From positions 32,001-96,000 of the forward strand of contig JBHIAC010000001.1 in assembly GCA_046758365.1 (NCBI GenBank): a DNA stretch of 64,000 nucleotides, written 5' to 3'. The DNA comes from a bacterium (GTDB lineage: Bacteria; Zhuqueibacterota; Zhuqueibacteria; Oceanimicrobiales; Oceanimicrobiaceae). Within the stretch, counting starts at the first letter, position 1. Every line of letters begins with the position of its first letter. The position numbers and the translations under genes were made by a program. Positions 58,615 to 64,000 of the stretch are shown piece by piece. The notes under the pieces are model-generated. The model had not been told where the DNA came from. It searched no databases and worked only from the letters and a program-made list of their open reading frames with translations.

Positions 58615-60525
58615 ATGCATAAATCATTTGATAATAATTTACAGAAAATTGCTGCAGTTCATTCACTCCCTCAAGAAAAAATTTTAACTATTTGTTTACT
58701 CGCTTGTTCTTTAATTCTAGTGGGTGTTTCCTTTTTTCTTCCTAGTGAAATATTACCTGATGAAGCTGGGTATCTTGAACAAGCGCACAAAGTTGCTTAT
58801 GGCGGCCCCAATATGGGTTGGAACATTCGCCCATATTTTTATCCAATTATTTTGAGTATTTCCCAATGGCCTGTAAAATTAATTGATATGAATAATTTTG
58901 TTTTAGAAATATATCTTTTTAGATTTTTTCATTTTTTTATAGGCTCTTTGACAATTTTGTTTGTTTATTTTATCGCCAAAGAATTATATGAGAAAAAAGT
59001 CATAGCTTTTATAGCAACTCTGTTATTTGGATTCTCAAATCTTTGGATTACGCAAAGTCCGCATGTAATGATGGATATCCCTAGTACACTATTTATTGTT
59101 ATTGCATTCTGGTTTTTTATCAAGGGCTTAAAGGGATTCAATATAGCGAAAAATATTATTATTGCAGCTGTTGCTTATGGTTTTGCAGCTATGACAAAAT
59201 TTTCCTCCGGTTTTTTTCTTCCTGCATTCTTTTTAATACCTTTTTTTACATTCAGACTCAGTACTAGAGAAAAGAAAAAAATATTGGGGCTATTCATAAC
59301 GACCTCGTTCTTAATGTTGATAATTTTTATAATAATTGACCATTTAGCTTGGGGAGGCTTCTTATCTAGTCTTCGGGGACATTTAAAATATCTTGCTAAT
59401 GAATCTACATTAGCTAAACAGGAAAATTGGATTTTATATCCAACCCCATTTCTAGTAAAAATGGAAATCTTTCATGAAAGTATTCCTTTAGCCTATTTAA
59501 TATTTGGAGCATTAGGATTCATAAGTTCTATTCGAGAAGGAAAAGCTATTTTTATTTTTGTTATCCCTTATCTTTTATTTTTCTTTTTTGGATATTCTTA
59601 TGCAGCGGAGTCCCGATATTTTGTGCCAATAGTCCCATTTGGAGCCATATTGGCTGCTAAAGGTATTTACTTTGTGATCATGGAAAAATTTTATGCTGTT
59701 AATCATATTAAATGGTTAAATAAAATCTTTCACGTTAAATTAATTGTACCAATTATAGCTGGCCTCTCATTAGGCTTGTTTCTTTTTAACATGTTATCTA
59801 CTTATGCTACTAATAGTTCAATATCATTTCTAAATAATCGTACAATATTTGTAATAGGATGTATTCTATTTATTGTTTTAGCCTGGATATTCATAGCTTT
59901 TATTAGATCTAGTTTAAAAGAAGAAAAATTTGTGTCAGCTATTTTGAGTAGTGCGGTTGTATTCTGGCCTTTATTTTTTCTTCTTCTCGGGTTGTCATTT
60001 AACTTAAAAAGATTTCAGCTATTATATATTATTTCTACTTTTTCACTTTTTCTGATTGTATTAATGTCTTCATTAATAATAAACCAGAAAAGAAAGTTAT
60101 TATGGTTAAGTATTGGAGTTGTGATCGTTACCCATGGACCTCTTTTATTTGCTTTTAAAAAAATTGTTAAAGTACCGTCTCCCAGTTGGAAGCAATTGGC
60201 ACTCATTATTGATAAAGAGAGCCATGAATATCCAGTAATAAAAAATATCGGTATTTTTGCTGGTTATTCAACTCTTACTAAATTTTATTCCCCCACCAAA
60301 AATGTGGTTGGCTATTGGCCTCGTCAGTCTGGGGAAGAAAGATTCAGGAGTGATCTTAAAAGTAATTTACATTTAGTTGTTGTAAAAAATGATTATTTAA
60401 GTCACATTAAAAAGTGGCTCGAAGAATTTGGATTTGTTGTACATTCAGAGTATCAGCAATGGAATACAACAACCTATATAAATTATCAAAGATTTTCTCT
60501 CTACGAAATTAAACAACACATGTAA
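58615..60525 (+). CDS. Polytopic GT-C (PMT_2/ArnT-like) protein
   Basis: PDEAGY first-loop motif, RPYFYP, MDIP, TK and ESRYFVP; many TMs. Confidence 0.72.
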   Translation: MHKSFDNNLQKIAAVHSLPQEKILTICLLACSLILVGVSFFLPSEILPDEAGYLEQAHKVAYGGPNMGWNIRPYFYPIILSISQWPVKLIDMNNFVLEIYLFRFFHFFIGSLTILFVYFIAKELYEKKVIAFIATLLFGFSNLWITQSPHVMMDIPSTLFIVIAFWFFIKGLKGFNIAKNIIIAAVAYGFAAMTKFSSGFFLPAFFLIPFFTFRLSTREKKKILGLFITTSFLMLIIFIIIDHLAWGGFLSSLRGHLKYLANESTLAKQENWILYPTPFLVKMEIFHESIPLAYLIFGALGFISSIREGKAIFIFVIPYLLFFFFGYSYAAESRYFVPIVPFGAILAAKGIYFVIMEKFYAVNHIKWLNKIFHVKLIVPIIAGLSLGLFLFNMLSTYATNSSISFLNNRTIFVIGCILFIVLAWIFIAFIRSSLKEEKFVSAILSSAVVFWPLFFLLLGLSFNLKRFQLLYIISTFSLFLIVLMSSLIINQKRKLLWLSIGVVIVTHGPLLFAFKKIVKVPSPSWKQLALIIDKESHEYPVIKNIGIFAGYSTLTKFYSPTKNVVGYWPRQSGEERFRSDLKSNLHLVVVKNDYLSHIKKWLEEFGFVVHSEYQQWNTTTYINYQRFSLYEIKQHM

Positions 60526-60543
60526 CTAACCAAGCTATAATTT

Positions 60544-61926
60544 ATGAAGCTTTTAGTATTTTTTGCAGTAAATTTCGCCGTTATTTTCTGGTACTTATAT
60601 AAATATCGAAATATTAAGTACTGGTTTATCCTGTTTCTTATTCTTTCCTCGTTACTTTACATTGGTCTTTACAGTTGGTTTTTAGGTGTGGATTATATTA
60701 CCCTTTTTGATTTCTCATTGATTGGGCTATTGATTTTAGTATTAAATAAAAAGAAACCTCATTTAAACAAATTTTCGCAAATTATCCTTCTTTTAGGATT
60801 TTGTTTTTTATTATGGACTTTATTATCTGCATTTGTGGCTTCTATTAATATATTATATTCATACGGGGGATTAATACTTTATGTTAAATCGTTTTTAGTT
60901 TTTTTTGTGATTTACACTCATATTGAGAGTACACGAGATTTTAGTGCTGTGCTTTATGCATTATTTGCTGCTCTCTTTTTTGAAGCAACGTTAGGATTTT
61001 ATCAATGGAGATTTGCCACGACTGGATTAAATTTTTTGCATGATACCCATGGTTATTATCGTTCGGTAGGCACATTCAATTTGCCCAATCTTTATGGCGC
61101 CTATTTAATAATGATTATGCCAATCCCACTTATTCTTATTATTTCTAAGTCTTTTAAGTTACATTGGAATAGTTTCTTCATTTGGTTAGTCTCTGGGGTT
61201 TCATTATTAGCCCTGTTAGCTTCCTATTCTAGAAGCGCTTGGATAGGTTTTATATTACAAATTTTCATTTTGATAATGCTATTACTCTTAAGAAGGAAAT
61301 TAAAATATCGTGTGTTAAAATTTGCTATCATGATAGGATTAATTGTTTTACCTATAATAGCAATATACGGAAATAGGATGATTGCAAGGTTTGAACATGC
61401 AGTAGAATCCTTAGAACAAAGAAATGTTTTGGTGGATGCCGCAGTAGAGACTATAGAAAAAAATCCAGTTTTTGGAGTAGGGTTAAAAAATTATGCTCGC
61501 TTTGGGTATCCAAAATGGTTAAAAAGGCCAGTAAATGCACGAGATCCAGAGAACGCGTTTTTATTGATAGCTGTAGAATCAGGCTTGCCAGCGGTTATCT
61601 TTTTTGTTTTAATATTAGGTATAACCATATTTAAAGGTTATAAATTCATGAAAGAGATAGACAATAAGTATTTACTTTTGATTTGTGCCGCAATTTTGAG
61701 TGCTATAATTGGTTTTATTGTTCAGAATCAAGGCGTTCCAGAATTCCGACATTTTCCTATTCAAGTTTTATTTTGGTCAGAACTTGCAATTTTAGCAAAA
61801 GTAAAGTATCTCGATAGATTAGTAAATAGGGGAATTAAAATAAAGAATTATAGGAATACTCCTATGCCCCTAATTTCACAAAGTATTTCTCCGATGGATA
61901 CTATTCAAAATGAATACCGGAAATAG
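60544..61926 (+). CDS. O-antigen ligase / Wzy polymerase family protein
   Basis: RSVGTF..PN, SYSRSAWIG, NPVFGVG..NY and ENAFL.IAVESG; adjacent to wzx. Confidence 0.82.
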   Translation: MKLLVFFAVNFAVIFWYLYKYRNIKYWFILFLILSSLLYIGLYSWFLGVDYITLFDFSLIGLLILVLNKKKPHLNKFSQIILLLGFCFLLWTLLSAFVASINILYSYGGLILYVKSFLVFFVIYTHIESTRDFSAVLYALFAALFFEATLGFYQWRFATTGLNFLHDTHGYYRSVGTFNLPNLYGAYLIMIMPIPLILIISKSFKLHWNSFFIWLVSGVSLLALLASYSRSAWIGFILQIFILIMLLLLRRKLKYRVLKFAIMIGLIVLPIIAIYGNRMIARFEHAVESLEQRNVLVDAAVETIEKNPVFGVGLKNYARFGYPKWLKRPVNARDPENAFLLIAVESGLPAVIFFVLILGITIFKGYKFMKEIDNKYLLLICAAILSAIIGFIVQNQGVPEFRHFPIQVLFWSELAILAKVKYLDRLVNRGIKIKNYRNTPMPLISQSISPMDTIQNEYRK

Positions 61927-63349
61927 TATTTTTAAAAATACGACATATCTTATTGGCGGCCAATTTGTTTCAAGGATTATTAGAACAATCCTTATCATTA
62001 TAATAGCAAGACAATATGGCCCAGAAGATTACGGGCAATACTCGTTCGCATTTGCCTTGGTTATATCATTCATTCTATTTGCCGATTTAGGTCTGATAAA
62101 TTTTATTACTCGAGAAGTGGCAAGAAAAAAAGAAGATTTTTCTTCTTTTATTACCAATACATTTATATTAAAATCGTTTTATTCTGTTTTTACTGCTCTT
62201 ACTATTTTAGGAATATGTTTTATCTCTCAGAAAAGTGACCAAGTAGTTATCATTGTATCCATTATTTTATTGGCCAGTATCATTGACTCTTTTATACTCG
62301 TTTTGAAGGCAGTTTTACAAGCGTTTGAAAAGATGGAGTATGAAGCAATAAGCGGAATACTTAAAAGTCTAATCATAACGGTATTTGCCGTTACCTTAAT
62401 TTATTTTGAGCTTAAACTTCAAATCGTTGTGTTAGCATTCTTGATTGGACAAGTGTTTGAAGCCCTGTATTTGATTAAAATATATAAGGCAAAGTTTGGT
62501 AAAATATTCTCACGCCCCACTCTTTCACATTTGCCTAGTCTTGTAAAGAAAGCTCTGCCGTTTGGATGGCAACAAATCTTTGCTACCTTTTATACCTATG
62601 CGGATCGTTCTTTAATTTCATTTATTAAAGGGGATGAAGCCGTAGGTTATTATGATGCATCTTATAAAACAATTGTAATCGCTACTTTCATTATGATGGC
62701 ATTTGGAAAAGCTGTTTATCCAACTTTTTCTCGTTTATATGAGACATCTTTAATATCGTTCAATAAGCTTTTAAAGAGTATAATTAAAATATCTGTATGG
62801 GTAGGGATTGGATTTGGAATATTAATTTTCATGAATGCCAAATCCATTGTCCTTTTTTTGTTCGGGAATCAATATCTATCAGCCTGCAATTCTATGAAGA
62901 TTCTTGCTTGGGCTGGCTTATTCTTAATTATCAATTTAGTTTTGGGGCCAATTATTAGAGCTATGAACAGAGAACGTTTCACCGCAAAAGTTGCAGTAAC
63001 AGCTTTCTTTGTTAATATTCTAGCCAATCTTTTTCTAATTAAAAGAATAGGAATCGAGGGAGCAGCTATATCAACATTACTGACTGAATTTTTAGTTTTT
63101 GTACTCTACATTAAATTACTTCATCAAGAGTTTAGAACTCTCATTTCAAGTCTTGATTTTGTGAAACTGTCTTTTTGTACCTCTGTTTTTGCTTTTTCAA
63201 GTTTTATCTTCAAAGACATCTCTTTTGGGATTACAATTATTCTACTTCCTGGCATTTTTTTCGTGTCATTAATACTAACTAAATATATTAGTGCAACCGA
63301 AAGAAAGATGTTTTGGGAATGGCTTGTACCAGCAGCCGATGAATATTAA
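61910..63349 (+). CDS. wzx: Wzx (MOP family) flippase
   Basis: IFKNT, AR.YGPEDYG.Y, DLGL..FITREVA, AVGYY and LI..IGIEGAAISTL.TE. Confidence 0.9.
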   Translation: MNTGNSIFKNTTYLIGGQFVSRIIRTILIIIIARQYGPEDYGQYSFAFALVISFILFADLGLINFITREVARKKEDFSSFITNTFILKSFYSVFTALTILGICFISQKSDQVVIIVSIILLASIIDSFILVLKAVLQAFEKMEYEAISGILKSLIITVFAVTLIYFELKLQIVVLAFLIGQVFEALYLIKIYKAKFGKIFSRPTLSHLPSLVKKALPFGWQQIFATFYTYADRSLISFIKGDEAVGYYDASYKTIVIATFIMMAFGKAVYPTFSRLYETSLISFNKLLKSIIKISVWVGIGFGILIFMNAKSIVLFLFGNQYLSACNSMKILAWAGLFLIINLVLGPIIRAMNRERFTAKVAVTAFFVNILANLFLIKRIGIEGAAISTLLTEFLVFVLYIKLLHQEFRTLISSLDFVKLSFCTSVFAFSSFIFKDISFGITIILLPGIFFVSLILTKYISATERKMFWEWLVPAADEY

Positions 63350-63426
63350 ATGAAATTCAGTGATTGAATCCTAAGGTGGAGTAAATAATAGTATTGGAAA
63401 TTTTATTGAATTGGGAGTTTTGATTT

Positions 63427-64000
63427 GTGAAAGTCGTTTACTTTAATTATGTACACGATTACAAAGAGACTTCGGTAGGGAGTTGGACACATGTTAAACA
63501 ATTTAGTACCGCTTTCACTAATCTTGGTCATACAATATCAGTTCATTCTTTGAATCTGAAGAACAAATCTATTAAAAAAGAAAAAGTGCTAGAAAAAAGT
63601 GTGCTTCGAAAAGTCGCCATGAAATTTGGCAGAGATTTAAAAAATTTTCTAAAAAATTTTGGATATGCATTAAACGAAATAACAATTATTAAAAAAGAGA
63701 AGCCAGACGTGGCAATAATCCGACATAATCCGTATGTACTCTCTTCTCTTTTGGTTTGTAAAATATTTCAAGTGCCAACTATATTAGAATTTAACGCTCC
63801 AGGCGCTTTTCAAGTTAGAAAGTACGAGAATGAATTTTTCCATCTGCCATTTCTATTTGAATTTCTTGAATGGCTTGCATTACGTTTAGCCTCAGCTATC
63901 ACAGTCACATGTAAAGAAATGATCCCATATCTCAATTCATCGAAAGAAGATCTTGACAAAATTGTAGTTAATCCCATGGGAGTTGATTTTGATCATTTTA
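63427..64000 (+). CDS. Glycosyltransferase family 4, N-terminal part (3'-truncated; not in ORF track)
   Basis: GGAG RBS and GTG 63427 open a frame to the window end: MKVVYFNY...GSWTHV...LGHTISV...KPDVAIIR...PTILEFNAP...AITVT...KIVVNPMGVD. Confidence 0.85.
   Translation, partial: MKVVYFNYVHDYKETSVGSWTHVKQFSTAFTNLGHTISVHSLNLKNKSIKKEKVLEKSVLRKVAMKFGRDLKNFLKNFGYALNEITIIKKEKPDVAIIRHNPYVLSSLLVCKIFQVPTILEFNAPGAFQVRKYENEFFHLPFLFEFLEWLALRLASAITVTCKEMIPYLNSSKEDLDKIVVNPMGVDFDHF

Noticed and set aside
1444..60206. Short minus-strand and alternate-frame ORFs of 60-145 aa
   Set aside because: All overlap well-supported + strand genes and show no recognisable motifs; treated as shadow ORFs.
1..64000. CRISPR arrays, tRNA/rRNA genes, transposases, integrases, prophage or defence genes
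   Set aside because: None recognised; intergenic spaces are short and contain no regularly spaced direct repeats.

Overview
AT-rich bacterial DNA in which every credible gene lies on the + strand. The gene style suggests an FCB-group diderm such as KSB1 or Calditrichota, but that is a low-confidence impression. The first 13.7 kb is housekeeping and envelope genes: purN (5'-truncated), a D-Ala-D-Ala dipeptidase lipoprotein, purH, mreBCD-mrdA-rodA, an unusual OMP, a CpoB-like lipoprotein, a GalT-family gene and glgA. From 14.0 kb to the window end runs a glycan locus of at least 50 kb in two apparent operons. Operon 1 encodes a STAS-HTH regulator, wza, wzc, a uronate epimerase, a priming transferase and ugd. 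Operon 2 has more than 30 genes: GT4s, an AsnB-like amidotransferase, radical SAM, methyltransferase, GlpD-like and FrhB-like oxidoreductases, a pyruvyltransferase-family protein, five polyprenyl-P GT2s, three UPF0104 flippase-like proteins, five GT-C proteins, two amino-sugar modules, wzy and wzx. The main non-obvious observations are: (i) both operons share the same promoter architecture, tandem 17-bp YGT-N11-ACA boxes about 96 bp upstream of a sigma54 -24/-12 site; (ii) stacked Arn/Gtr-like lipid-carrier glycosylation modules, including an active/inactive GT2 pair; (iii) several enzymes with altered catalytic motifs; (iv) a two-copy MITE-like element, a REP-like hairpin that extends wecE, and a nested stem-loop between the operons. 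All calls rest on motif recognition by eye; no database searches were run.
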